A stretch of DNA of 63,844 nucleotides, the filler included, from Corallochytrium limacisporum Hawaii (taxonomy: Eukaryota > Protista > Pluriformea): assembly GCA_002811645.1 (NCBI GenBank). It is 3 parts of 3 records of this genome, joined end to end, with 100 filler letters (N's around TTAATTAATTAA, not from the genome) between each part and the next. Parts side by side here need not be neighbours in the genome. Positions count along the whole stretch, not along the records: positions 1 to 16,988 come from PDIP01000005.1; positions 17,089 to 41,019 come from PDIP01000106.1; 1 more part is not named here. One strand, given 5' to 3'. The notes beneath the pieces are model-generated. The model was not told where the DNA came from, searched no databases, and worked only from the letters and a program-made list of their open reading frames with translations. The first letter of the stretch is position 1. The number at the start of each line of letters is the position of its first letter. Positions 11,301 through 21,116 of the stretch are shown one piece after another. The translations under genes were made by a program, and so were the position numbers.

Positions 11301-12808
11301 GGCGGCTTGGCAGCAGCACCATCAGCAGGCTCTTCTCCTGCTTTGTCCTTGTCACCTTCTTCGCCTTCCGTCCTCTGCTTCTTCAGCGGAGGCTCGTCGC
11401 CTTCTTCCTTCTTCTCGGCATCGCCTTCGACACCTTCAGCAGGCTTTGGCGTGTCCGTGTCCATGGGCTTTGGCGTCTCAATGGACTTGATTTCTGCAGG
11501 AGTTTCTCCGCCAGTGTTGTAGACTTCTAGAATTCTCGAAACTTTGTCATTGCTTGGCGTGGCAGCTAAAAGGTCGGCTGGCGTCTTCACACTCTCACCA
11601 GCCGGCGTCGGGGCAGCACTAATCTTTCCGGCGCCCTCGGCACCTTCCTTATCCTTGTCTCCTGGGGGAACTGCTGTCGGAGTGGGAGCAGCGGAGTCCT
11701 TTGGTGTCTGCACTAACTTCGCGGCTTCATCAACGTCAATGTTCGGGAGGCTATCGGCACCGCTAACGGTTTCATCTGCAAGGGCAGGCACGGAGGGCAT
11801 GTTCATGTTCATGGCCAAGAGTTCGCTCTCGGGTTTGGGTGTTCCAACCGCGCTTTCGCCAGCAGGGGTCATCGGAATGATGGGTTTCGGCGTGCCTTCC
11901 TGCAGTTCAGCCTGCATGGCCTTGATAGCTTCGTCATCTTCACCGCCGGCCGGTGCGCCACCAGGGGTGTCAGAAATGTGGAGGTGGCCACCAGGGGTAT
12001 CAGCAACCAGGACATCTTTGGCGGCATCCTCTTTGCCAGCCTCGACAGCCATCATGGAAGCTCCTTTCTTTCCCATGCCTTGTCCAGTCTTGACGCCTTG
12101 CTTCTCAGCCTCGTCCTCCTCCTTGTTGGAGCCAGAGTCCTCATCTTCGCCTCTTTTTCCTCCTTTCTTGCCTTTGCCTGCGCCGGGGGCACCGGGGGCA
12201 CCACCGACCAAAGCATCGAGGTCGGCGTTCAGCTGATCTCCTAAAGCTGCAAGCATAGCATCGTCGCCAAAAGCATTGTCTGCTCCGGCTCCATCCTTGT
12301 CACCTTCACCGCCGGCCTTCTTGTCGTCGTCGTCGACGTCGCCAGAAAGAATCTTGTCAAGCGCACTGGTGTCATCGTCATCGTTGCCGCCCGCAGCGGC
12401 GTCGTCCGATGGCTTCTTCTCAGCCTCGGCGGCATCTGTGCCCTCGGCAGCTTCAGCAGGCTCCGCCGTCTCAGTGGCCTCGGCGGTCTCAGCGGGCTCA
12501 GCGGGCTCGGCGGGCTCAGCGGCAGGATCTGACTCGTCATCTTTCTTTTCTGCTGATGAGTCGCCATTAGCATCAGCAGCTGAGTCTTCGACAGGCTTAT
12601 CTACATCCATGTCTGGCTCTTCACCGTTCTCGCCGTCCTTCTTCTCTTCCGAAGATGATTGGTCGCCGTTGGCGGCAGGCGGGTCAGCGTCCGTGTCCAT
12701 CGCCTCAGTGGATGACACTGCTGCTGCCTTGGCAGCATCTGCTGCGTCCTGTGGCGATTCTTCGCCTTCAGGCCGGCTATCAGCAGGCTTTGTCTCCTCC
12801 ACAGCCAT
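5309..12808 (-). CDS. CREBBP: CBP/p300 histone acetyltransferase (TAZ1, KIX, bromodomain, RING/PHD, KAT11 HAT, ZZ, TAZ2), 2499 aa
   Basis: [14 protein letters not shown] (TAZ1); [14 protein letters not shown] (KIX); [12 protein letters not shown]...NAWTYN (bromo); [27 protein letters not shown] and PYFEGDYWP (HAT); [10 protein letters not shown] (ZZ); CPVPFC (TAZ2). Confidence 0.97.
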   Translation of the reverse strand: MAVEETKPADSRPEGEESPQDAADAAKAAAVSSTEAMDTDADPPAANGDQSSSEEKKDGENGEEPDMDVDKPVEDSAADANGDSSAEKKDDESDPAAEPAEPAEPAETAEATETAEPAEAAEGTDAAEAEKKPSDDAAAGGNDDDDTSALDKILSGDVDDDDKKAGGEGDKDGAGADNAFGDDAMLAALGDQLNADLDALVGGAPGAPGAGKGKKGGKRGEDEDSGSNKEEDEAEKQGVKTGQGMGKKGASMMAVEAGKEDAAKDVLVADTPGGHLHISDTPGGAPAGGEDDEAIKAMQAELQEGTPKPIIPMTPAGESAVGTPKPESELLAMNMNMPSVPALADETVSGADSLPNIDVDEAAKLVQTPKDSAAPTPTAVPPGDKDKEGAEGAGKISAAPTPAGESVKTPADLLAATPSNDKVSRILEVYNTGGETPAEIKSIETPKPMDTDTPKPAEGVEGDAEKKEEGDEPPLKKQRTEGEEGDKDKAGEEPADGAAAKPPGAADSPGSIMQAKLLQQQQQQQAAAGRRASLSGQQQKPGQSGPRQQITMDALRQAHTRIKQQIQQIENFRKHSLAMQAKAQADPNAFRQLQQQMLKLKQSYDTAQSNLVQIERKMEELKRKEAVGATAGSPAASVGSPAMADSAAAAAAAAAAAVASRPGSAGTPGAAAPAGASTGGGLGALGQRSPALSATSGSGAPVGTPGVVGTPGVVGTPGAGTPGPPAGTPGAAPGQPPPAEAAQQAHKRKIIQQQLLLLIHANKCQKPRCEVPHCSTMKRVVQHLANCKEGDRCNEPHCASSRSILQHYKRCKGVDCNICGPLKRQQAHAASAAALQHQRAAAAAAANKPPGVGGLGSPSFGSQGASPGATGGLGALGRQAPGAPGGARPGGLAGLGAAGGAPNGGLGMRAGLGAAGDWRANHRVDTSKRQKLVQTLFQALQMTKPDASAEQIMMAARDYENKVFEQADTQDMYYRKLAEKIYTIKKNLAQQQAMGGGLNRGGPAGNLLHEQLKRKQEQLLMKQQQDMRASGGLGAMGMQSNMRNLNSEQQARLRQLQAQRALQQQQLLQQQQMGAVADPATAAAQAAAMAARQSASGAPGSGPGAMPGAAPPPGGQPNFQQRMYDLLQQAQKGSAEAFQQLVQQAVNLQKHLAGIKAECEKLRDQFKASPRANDAEAQQKLQQHLQKRAMEYQRLERFRGQLEQHLHQIDQARKAGTLPGANAGNLSGGSANFASSLHSGSASADAAAAAAAAAGRQKKAEQAKDVPKVKEEPGAKPEDKAVKKEDEKPKEEEKPKRKKIEPFTPKELSDTLMTLHKQMMGNEDAPLFNQPVDPVREGVPDYFDIIKNPMDFGTIETRLKNLEYKDPLQYCADVRLVFQNAWTYNKKASQVYKMCTRLSKFFEENIEHIMLKLGYCCSGKQLYFSPTPIFCSGPCYGIIPRDKEYYACDRINFCMKCWEEKPGEAEITVEGEPAPIPRTRFERKKNDHLDPEPWVECDSCGRTLHEVCVLYNRLVEKEFVCTTCREKLKEKHVNKFTAQSLPRSKLGDFIENRVAEKLKSIPDAGKVHVRMIHVRDKTLELKPKMKDRYKDDEGVAKELPFRHKALFVFQEQDGVEVCFFGMHVQEYGDNCPAPNRRRIYIAYLDSVHFFNPRHQRTDIYHEILIAYMEWSKKLGYVAAHIWACPPSPGDDYMFYCHPEEQKTPKPKRLSDWYKKMLDKAVQRGVVPEYLDLATACDQEGVTSVKQIPYFEGDYWPNVFDDHINALEEEAKKTTSGGKKKGAKGSKKGGNKKGGNKKGSKAGGKRGGASKMGLQRQNSELCDKIYPMLEKNKDAFFVVRLQNNFLKLDMNKMPPIRDPDNKIPPTDIMDGREGFLDLARTNHYEFRDLRRTKYSTKMFTYHLHHADVSADAGFNYTCNDCGSTINPGMKRWHCASCEDFDLCDKCKQTTKHPHKLEESSLAMGGEEEKAAGDSKKNSSPDGIRRLVQYLEHACYCNEAKCDKQGCAKMKQYLEHVRKCTKRKQCDICKQIMFLIAHHRKTCNAPRCPVPFCLATREQMRRQQSQNAAQRRMEARRAAMQSRIANGGMVNPTVSSAPSATVSSASHTPDPSALQRGAVATPAGQSAASSAAAAAAGAVGAAGMLHQQQAAQMSATQAAQAAAGMSRANPGAAAAAAAAAPGGAAGAGAAGGLSGALANLPQQAQQVVLQAKQKLTGIEQLIRKIDSHLQVLLGLKERIEKQLETEENAETRQKLQDKRDEFQHEILRFQQQRQVKADEYKQTAAMLKQFIIRQQQAGGGGGAAGAAGAAVAAGPGAAGAGVAGFGGVGAAAAVGAGGPGFGGAGAPAAAAGAGNVLANLGDKEIEILANGACNLLQLPQRPVNPQQQRQLLMRVQQQHPQHFQQLIMRFKQQMQRQQQLLQQQALQQQRAAAQLGGIGGAGGVGAGAGGIGGAGAAGGGGLGGLGGLGGGGLGGMGDGGGDAGDSSGNEQAALSRLVDNL

Positions 12809-15800
12809 AATAACTAGTAGGTGTGGAAGGTTGTGTAGTACTCAAAGTACCGGGTCCAAAGATCTGGTCAGTGGATCCCAAAATTCCAGTCGGATTTCAG
12901 CAGATCCTTTCTTTAACTAATGATTCTACCCGGTTGTGATGTGTGAAAATATTATCTTGGAAGGTAGGACCACTGATATGCCATAATGATCAAATACTAA
13001 ATCCGGAAACTGCAAATGTATGCTCCAAGGCTAGAAATCACCAATTGTGCGATATTCTGACCCTCAAAGCTGGTGCGATATTAAGAATTCCGGTAAAAAC
13101 CAGCTATTTATGGTCTCAGCTATTCTTTAAATTGAGGAAATCCGGTATGTGATCAGGCTATCTTACTAATTTAACCCTGATGAGAATACCCGATTGGACC
13201 TAAAAACCCGTTCGTCACAAGTTAATCTGCCCAAATCTTGAGAAAAAGTGCTATTAGTCCAGCTATTTCGCTCGATATATTTAATTTCACTCAATATAAA
13301 TGAAATAAAATAATACCAGGCTGCATCGATGCAACACAAACCCGTGAAATATGCAATCGAACTTGATGGGATGCGTCGATAATTACAAATTTCCAACCGA
13401 TTATTTCCAAATAGCTTTTTTGTTACCCAACAATGTTTTATGATCCTGGGTATCATCTGATGCACAATAATTTTGTTCATGATTTAAACCCACTTCCGAC
13501 TGATTCTACCCAGACAGTTCATTATAAAAGACAAGTAACCGTAGAATTATCCGTGGCCAAATTCCCAGCTCCCGGCCCTCCGAAAAGTGGCACACGAAGG
13601 CGCCAGTACTGAGACTATGGGAGCAGCGGGGTCTGCAGGGGGGAGGGCAGCAGCAGACCAGCAGCAGCACACAGCCAGCACCACCACCACCAGCCAAACG
13701 GCGCAAAAAGACCGAGATAGCGAGAGGAGACGACGGGTGGTGGTTTGGTTGGTAGACCCCCTTTGGGGCTTTGGAGACTGTGGAGACTTTGGAGACACTT
13801 TCTGGCATTTCGCTCTTTCTTCTTTTCCTTTTCCTTTTTTTTTCTTTTTTTGGGTTTCTCTTGTGGCTCCCGGGGGAGCGTAGAGTGAGGTGGCGAGAGC
13901 CGAGGGCGAAGGTGACCGGGTTTTTGCGTGCGAGCGAGCGAGTGTGCGTGTCATTTCTCCTTTTCCATTTTCTCTACGATTGAAAAATCTCTTTGTGCGT
14001 GCGGTGCAGGATTTCTTGGAGGAGGACGAGGGACGGTTGGATGGAAGGCCCCCCCCCGGGGGGAGGGGTGGGGGCCTCCTCAATTGTTCCCATTTTTTTT
14101 GGTGGCACCCGAAAACAATACCAATACAGGAACCCATTTTTTATTCGGGAAGCCAGACGGTTTTTCCTTTTTTTTCTCTCTCTCTCTCTCTTTCCCTTTG
14201 GGTGACCCCGAAGCTGGAAGGAAAAGAGAAAACCAAAAAAGAAAGATTATGAATACCCTACAGTGCCCCCACCCGCTCTCCTCCAACTCTGCTGCAGATC
14301 TCCTCAATGCAGTACATTAGGTACCAGAGGCACGGCAAAGTCTCAGGTCCATACCAAAAGAAGAAGGAAAATTTTCCGTGAGTGTGCGTGTTGCTGTTTC
14401 GGAAATATCTGGTCCCCCCCTTCCCTCCCTCTCCCACTCCGCACATACACACACACACACCGAATAGAAGAAAAAGAAAAAAAATCAAAAAAGAAAAAAA
14501 AGGGAAGGATACAAAAAATTGGAATCGCCTCTCCTTGCCCCGGGGGAGGAGGAGGAGGATCCAACAGAAACACACCCACCTGCGCCTCCCCCAATCTTCG
14601 TCATTCTTAGTACTTTCAGTACACATTGGGCAGATCAACGTGAACTCATTGCAGTCGACTCAGGAGCACCCCCCCTTCCATCCTCCTCGGGACCCCCCCG
14701 GGGGGGGGGTGGTCTTCTTTTATCTCTTTTTTTTCGTCTCTGTGGTCGGTCGAGGTTTCTCAGCTGTCGTCCCTGTCTCCAATTTTCGGTTGTAATCCTT
14801 TGGCCGAAAGAGTGGTAAAGGACTCCCACCCGACCGTGGATTTTCGATAATGTTTCTTCCTTTTTTTGTCTCCATTTCTTTGGTAGCAATTCGCGCAAGC
14901 GCAGACCCAACATGCCTCCACCACCCCACCCGCCTCCTCCGTTGTTGGATGAGGTCATCATTTCCATACCTAAGGAACGGTCTGCGGTTGGGTCCAAGCG
15001 AAGTATTCTGGCTGTCTGGTGGGAGGTGAGTGTCTCAGCGGACCAGCTGCGTGGCCGGAAAAAAATACACAAAGCTCATTTTCTGGGAGTGCTTGAGATC
15101 GGGCATCTCGACTTTCTTAGTACTGAAAGTACTGAATAAGAATCAAGTTCCGAGAGTCCCTGGAATTCCTTTCATACGGGATGGTTTGGCTGGTGTCTGC
15201 ATGGCTCCCCCAGCGCCCATGTTGTCCCCAGAGTTTCCAAAGATCCATACTAAAATGTGAATACATTCATTATTAATCAAGGTACTGTCAGGGCGCCCCA
15301 CGTTTCAAGAAATTCACCGGCAAGGGTGGCCGTGCACCACCCGTAGGCACCACGGTCCAGGAGTCAACACACCCCGAACACTGCCACCGTTTCAGTACTT
15401 AAAGTACCGAGAACTTGAAATTGGCGCCCAAGGAAGACTGGCAATCGGGGGATGGTATGACCGAAAGTGTTCGGGTCTGTTCCCCGGTTCATTTCTTCCC
15501 GAACTTTGGGGACAAGGACGAAGCAGAAGGGGGGGGGTTGGCCTCCTTCCCCCCTCAGCCCCTGGGCCCATAGCGTAGTGAATCAACTGGAAATGGGAAC
15601 ACCAGCATTTTTCTCTTGAACTCCCCCCACCCTCCTCCTCCCGAGGTCTTGCGGGAGGCCTCGGGCCCCCCACACTCACATCCCTCGCCTTGTCCTCTCC
15701 CTTTTTTCCCCTCCAAAACCACCAACCCTCCCCCCACCCGGGGAGAGGGGAAGGTCTGCGCGCTCATACCATCGCAAGTACGGCACAAAGTCTATAGCTA

Positions 15801-16988
15801 ATGAAGGTGACACTCTTTGCTGACCGAGCGGGAGAGGGGACCCCGTTATGCGCGAAAATATTTAGCTCGGTCCCCCCCCCCCAAATTTTTCTTTCTCTCA
15901 TTGCTCAGAAATCAGCGGCTCCGGTTCACGGACGCCCAACTTCCGAACACCCGCAGCGCCACCACGCGGTGCAGAGGTCCAGTACTCAAACTACCGGCCT
16001 TTGAAAAACTCAAAGGCGGCGGGAAACGCTAGGTTTCGGGCCTCGTTTTCGTTTCTTTTCGGTTTTTCGTTTTTCTTTTTTAGTGGAGCGTGCGGTGACT
16101 GTGCCACTGCGGCGTCGAAGAGTGAGGGAGACTGGCGGAGGGGTACTCGAATCTCTGTGTGTGCTGTGCGTGCGTGCGTGCAAAAAAAAAATCCAACCTC
16201 CGAAAAAGAAAAAAGCAAAAAAAAAGGGGAGGAAATGAGGAAAACAGCGAATACGCATACCGGGAGCTTTGATTTTTGCCTTTGCTTTTTGCTATTTTTT
16301 CCTTGTCTTTATCTCTCCATTTTTTTCATTTCCGCTGGGAGGAGGGACGTTTGGTGCTCGCGCCAAATACACAGCGGGCCAGTGAGAGAGATGAGCGGGA
16401 AACGGGCCCGGGGGGGGGGGCCTTGGGGTGAACACAACCGTCCTCCTTTGCCGGTTTTCTCCATTTTTCCTTTTTCCTTTTTTTTACTGTTTTTGGGTGG
16501 TACACTTGGGCATTGATTTATTATGTCCCAGGATAAATTAATGATTGTTGGTGGACAGCCCAGGGAGGTGGGGGGGAGAGGCGCTGGGGGGGGTTGGTAC
16601 CCCACCTCTCCGTGTTTATTTTGGTTCTTGTACCGAATTCGTATAGTGAATGTACTGACTTGGAGCCCCATTAAAATAACAGAGATGGCGAAATACTGGG
16701 TAAAAAAAAGTTGAGGTGGAAGAATGTGGGGGAGGAGACGAGAGAGAGGAAGGGGACGTGTCCCGGTGCGGGTGTGATACGCGTCTTTTCTTTTTTTTCC
16801 CTCCAGTCCCTCTGGGTAATTTTGCTGTCCCCCCCCTCCCTCCCTTCGTTTCGTCGGGACCTTCGGGAATAAAAATGATTAGTCTGGGCTCGAAAATAAC
16901 GATTTTCTGACAATGGCGGGCGCGCGATCTCAGCTGACCACCAACCACCACCACCACAGACAAATTTAAACCACGGATCGGTATCACC

Positions 16989-17088
16989 NNNNNNNNNNNN
17001 NNNNNNNNNNNNNNNNNNNNNNNNNNNNNNNNTTAATTAATTAANNNNNNNNNNNNNNNNNNNNNNNNNNNNNNNNNNNNNNNNNNNN
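16989..17088. other. Assembly spacer (44 N + TTAATTAATTAA + 44 N)
   Basis: Exactly 100 nt with a six-frame-stop linker, identical to 41020-41119. Confidence 0.97.
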
Positions 17089-17172
17089 ATTATACAATCA
17101 AGATTAAAAAAGATCCTCGGGAGTCAAGTTTTTCGGAGTTTTGACCCTAACATACCAGACAGAGGGTGGTAC
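17089..17172. mobile_element. Terminus of the same dispersed repeat (copy 2), at a contig edge
   Basis: Matches 199-284. The contig breaks inside it, as expected for a multicopy element. Confidence 0.6.
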
Positions 17173-18270
17173 CGCGCCCCGGTGTGGCGATACAGGAAAC
17201 AAGAATGGGAGGGGCAGATATGAAAACCGGACTCACAATGGGAGACTGCAGTTGAAATTCTCAAGCCAGACCTCCTCGCCGGGAAGTTGCCGCATCGTAC
17301 TCCATCTATCTGTTCGCTATCACCCGTCCCCTCCGGACGTTCCTATTACGCTATATTATTGGGTTCACCTAGTATCAGCAGCAGTTGATAGACAACTCGC
17401 GGAGAACCCGTGTCACACTACGTATGCTGCTGACCCTTCTCTTGAAATCCCCCGTCATCACCGCTAGCACCCTTCGTGGTTCGCGTTTGCACCTACCACT
17501 ACCATCCCTTCATCCCGTGTGCCATTGCACCGTAGAGGTATACCCACAAAGCCATACACTTGACACCCGAGAGTTGTATGTGGGTGAGGGGGATGACGTG
17601 GGCGACGGTCATAATTTGTTCTTCCTCTGCCGGCTAAGTGGGTTTACTGCGGGCCAAGGGTGAACTAGGAACATGGATCACACTGGTCGCCGTGTTTGTC
17701 GATCACTGGCTAGCCCTGGCAGTTTCACAGCCGTGTTGCTGCCATTCGTGAAGAAATATCGACAAAAGTGCTAAACAGGTGTGAACAGTTCCGGCTGACC
17801 CTGTGTGATGATTAAGCAACTTAGAGACAAATGCCTAACATTTTATTTCACAACATGGACCCGTCGGGGATTTTGCACGTCTAGGCGAAAGCAGTGTGGT
17901 GTTCGAAGGGCTGGAACGGTGGACTTCTAATTGTTGAACGGGAGTCCATTTATCATGGCAGGAGTTCCTGCAGTGCGTTTCATGGCGGGAGGTCTCAAGC
18001 AAAATATCCCATCACGCACCTTACAGGTTAAAGCAACCGACGCTGCTCCATTTCGTAAAGTTTTGCTATGGCCTGCAGGAATGCTTCACAAAACCCCTTC
18101 CTCGCAACGCTAGGATGGCGTAGCGGTGTCTCCTACTAAAAAGTCATGTCAAAGTTTCGCGAATTGCCTTCTTGGAGGTTGGGAAACGAGAGGTGTGCGA
18201 ATCCACGAGCTCATTATGAGAACAGAGAAACATGTGACCTTCCCCAGCAGATCTCACACTCAAGGGCATC

Positions 18271-19476
18271 ATGACATACCCACCCTCGAAACGGCCAGAC
18301 AATTCAGATCGGCGAGAGGATGAGCCTCGCAAGCGACGAAGTCGTTGGGGTAACTCAGACACCGCGACAAGCTCTAGGTTTACACAAGGGGGGAAAGAAG
18401 GGAGTAAAGACTTCGGCAGAGACAGCTTACAAGTGGATCGACTCACCATGCGGTTACGCACGGGTGACCTTGGTATTCCTGAAGACCCTGAGGATCGCTC
18501 ACCCAGCCCTCCACCTGTATATAATAGATATGGCAAGAGGGTCAACACCCGGGAACAACGAGCTCGCCAGAAACTGCACCGGGAGAGAGATGCACTCATT
18601 CAGAATCTTTTGAATGCGGACCCACGTTACAGACCACCGCCGGACTGGAAAGGATCCGCAACCGGAGAGCCACGTAAAGTGCAAGAAAAGGTGTGGATCC
18701 CTCAGGATAAGCACCGTGACATCAATTTTATTGGACTCATCATTGGACCACGCGGAAATACTCTAAAGAAGTTGGAACGAGAATCCGGCGCGAAGATCAT
18801 GATCCGAGGTAAGGGCTCCGTTAAGGAAGGCAGAGTCCGGCGACACACACTGAATGATCATGAGGAGGAGTCGTTACATGCAGTAATACAAGCTGAAGAT
18901 GCGGAATCATTGAGGAAGGGCGCAGAGGCGGTGCAGAAAATCATTCAGGCTGCCATAGAGACGCCGGAGGCACAAAATGAATTAAAGCGCAGGCAACTGC
19001 GAGAGCTCGCATCATTGAATGGTACACTGCGAGATGATGAGGCAGCGTTAGGAGTAGCAGGAGACCACGATCCTCAGCAGCAGCATACACGTTCTGAAGC
19101 CACGCGGGAAAGTGCAACCAGCGGAAATGTAAAAGGCACCGAAGGTGCCGATGCCTACCGGATGCAAACGGAACTCAACACTCTGCTGGCGGAGCTTGGA
19201 GAAGAGAGACCCGTCCCTGTCACGGCTTCATCTGAGGGTCCTCAGCTGGAAGATCGTAAAGGATACCATACTGACGGGCCATCTAAGGGTGACTATCCGG
19301 GACGAAGTAGTAAGTACAATGCTGTTCTTGACTCCCAGCCAGCCCCTCCTTGGCTCATTGAGCACGGGGTCGCTTCCGAGGCGATGAGTCTGAGGGAGAG
19401 TTTGGCTTTGGACTTGGAACAAGAAGTTGAGAAAGGAAACTATATCCCAATGCTGCCGCGTAGATATTTACAGTAA
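18271..19476 (+). CDS. SF1: Splicing factor 1 / branchpoint-bridging protein (ULM, SPSP, KH-QUA2)
   Basis: RKRRSRWG ULM; DRSPSPPPVY; NFIGLIIGPRGNTLK and IRGKGSVKEG (KH); NELKRRQLRELASLNGTLR (QUA2). Confidence 0.95.
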   Translation: MTYPPSKRPDNSDRREDEPRKRRSRWGNSDTATSSRFTQGGKEGSKDFGRDSLQVDRLTMRLRTGDLGIPEDPEDRSPSPPPVYNRYGKRVNTREQRARQKLHRERDALIQNLLNADPRYRPPPDWKGSATGEPRKVQEKVWIPQDKHRDINFIGLIIGPRGNTLKKLERESGAKIMIRGKGSVKEGRVRRHTLNDHEEESLHAVIQAEDAESLRKGAEAVQKIIQAAIETPEAQNELKRRQLRELASLNGTLRDDEAALGVAGDHDPQQQHTRSEATRESATSGNVKGTEGADAYRMQTELNTLLAELGEERPVPVTASSEGPQLEDRKGYHTDGPSKGDYPGRSSKYNAVLDSQPAPPWLIEHGVASEAMSLRESLALDLEQEVEKGNYIPMLPRRYLQ

Positions 19477-19493
19477 TGGCGTTATTAAATTTC

Positions 19494-19618
19494 AATACGA
19501 AAGCCTCAAAATACAAACCAAGCATTGCAACAGATTTAATGACTGTAGCACTGGCAAATATGAAAGCCTCAAAATCAAACCAAACATTGCAACAGATTTA
19601 ATGACTGTAGCACTGGCA
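19494..19618. repeat. Tandem duplication, two units of 63 and 62 bp, in the SF1 3' flank
   Basis: aatacgaaagcctcaaaatacaaaccaagcattgcaacagatttaatgactgtagcactggca repeated with about 3 differences. Confidence 0.9.
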
Positions 19619-21116
19619 AATTTCCAAGAACAAAAGAACATACATCCTATTTGCCCAAGAATATTTATTTTGCATCTATTTTCCACTTGAATTGTTAGGC
19701 TGGATTCCATTGAATACATACACAGGGATTGAACAGAAGGTGGATGAGAAAGCTACGAAATTAGGTGGCCTCAGTGCACCTACCGACCTTGTTGGAGAGT
19801 TTTCTTTGATTCCCGACTTGTCAGCTTACTGATTGAAATGTACTCAAAATATTGAATTCAGAGTGTGAAACTCTTATGAAATTGAATTACGATGCTAATG
19901 AAGAATGTGAATGAAATTTTGGTCGTTTGTGTTGAAATGGCTTAACTCCCTTCCAGAGACGGAACAGAATAAAGCGAGACCTTTCGATAGCAATGCTTCC
20001 AATCATGAGTTATGAAATGAAGAATCTATAAGCAAGGCCGCCGATATTCATCAAAAATAACGTACTGGAAATTATCCGTACGAACATGGTTGGTTTTGCT
20101 GTATCTATGTAAGCAATCTTGTAGTCTCGCTTGCTGATAGCATGGGGTCTTCTCTGGATTCTGTGTGTCGACAAAGGTTTGTTAAGTTTATGTTTGGCGA
20201 GATTTACGAAACCATGATACCAACAGATTCAAATATACAGGAGCCTGAACTCTGCAACGCAGGAGTCGTCATTCGCCGAAAGTGCTGCGCCCTACCAACT
20301 ACTACAAAATTTGCCTGCATATCAGACTCATACTAAACCTGTGAGAATTCTCCCTCGCTGTCTCACCCGTTTTGTGGTCTGCCATGGCGCGAAACATGAT
20401 GCCGGCCGCGCAGCAGCCGTACTGCGGACTCTGTATTGGACCCCCCTTGTTTTGGGGTAATTATGTACGGCATATTTTGTTGTGCTCTGTGAACGTAGGC
20501 AGAAGGGAGGGAAGGATGGATACAACTTGTCGACAACACGAGGCACAACGGACCACCACACAATTTGCTATGCTATGTATTGGCTGGGCGGATGGTCACA
20601 TAGAGGTGAAGGACCACGGGGCATAACATTGCCCCCAGGCCCCGGGGTGGGGGGTTGGGGACCGGTAGGCGGACAGTTGAAGGCAGGGTGGGGGCCGGTA
20701 ATCTATCTGACGCGCTTTCCCTGAATTGTGTAAAGTGATAACCAGGTATGAAGGAGAACTTGTTTCCTGATCATCTGTCATAGTGTAATATTTGAATTGT
20801 ACTGGTGTATGACATCACTACCACTTTAGATGTGAACACCTTGATGACTTTAACTGCAAGAACAACACTGGTTGTAGACGGTACGCATCAAAGCTCGAGA
20901 AAGTTCTATTGGAATGTAACGAAAGAGGAGCTTAGGAACTCAAAAGCGCATAAGCAACCCATTCGAAAAAGCAGAATTTTGAACATCTCTTGTTTTGTAG
21001 ATAGCGCAGGAACAGACCGGAATAGGGCACAGGCACTTATCAAGACTCTGGCGGAACAAGTTGCTAAAATACTAGAAAGCAGCAAGGAACAAGAACAGCA
21101 GAATAAGACGTACACG

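Noticed and set aside
5174-12920. Many long plus-strand ORFs (e.g. 6950-7993, 11544-12236, 12276-12920) opposite CBP
   Set aside because: Antisense shadows of a GC-rich coding strand with no recognisable domains. The same applies to 47502-48680 and 24578-25462.
17033-17044. TTAATTAATTAA palindrome inside N runs (also 41064-41075)
   Set aside because: Artificial contig linker with stops in all frames, not biological.
17385-17663. ORF containing LYVGEG, superficially like a GIY-YIG motif
   Set aside because: No first GIY motif or downstream conserved Arg/Glu, and non-ATG start; likely chance.
20805-21116. 104-codon open extension upstream of SWI3
   Set aside because: GTG start, AT-richer and unlike SWI3 proteins. 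ATG 21117 has the better context, though ATG 20844 cannot be excluded.
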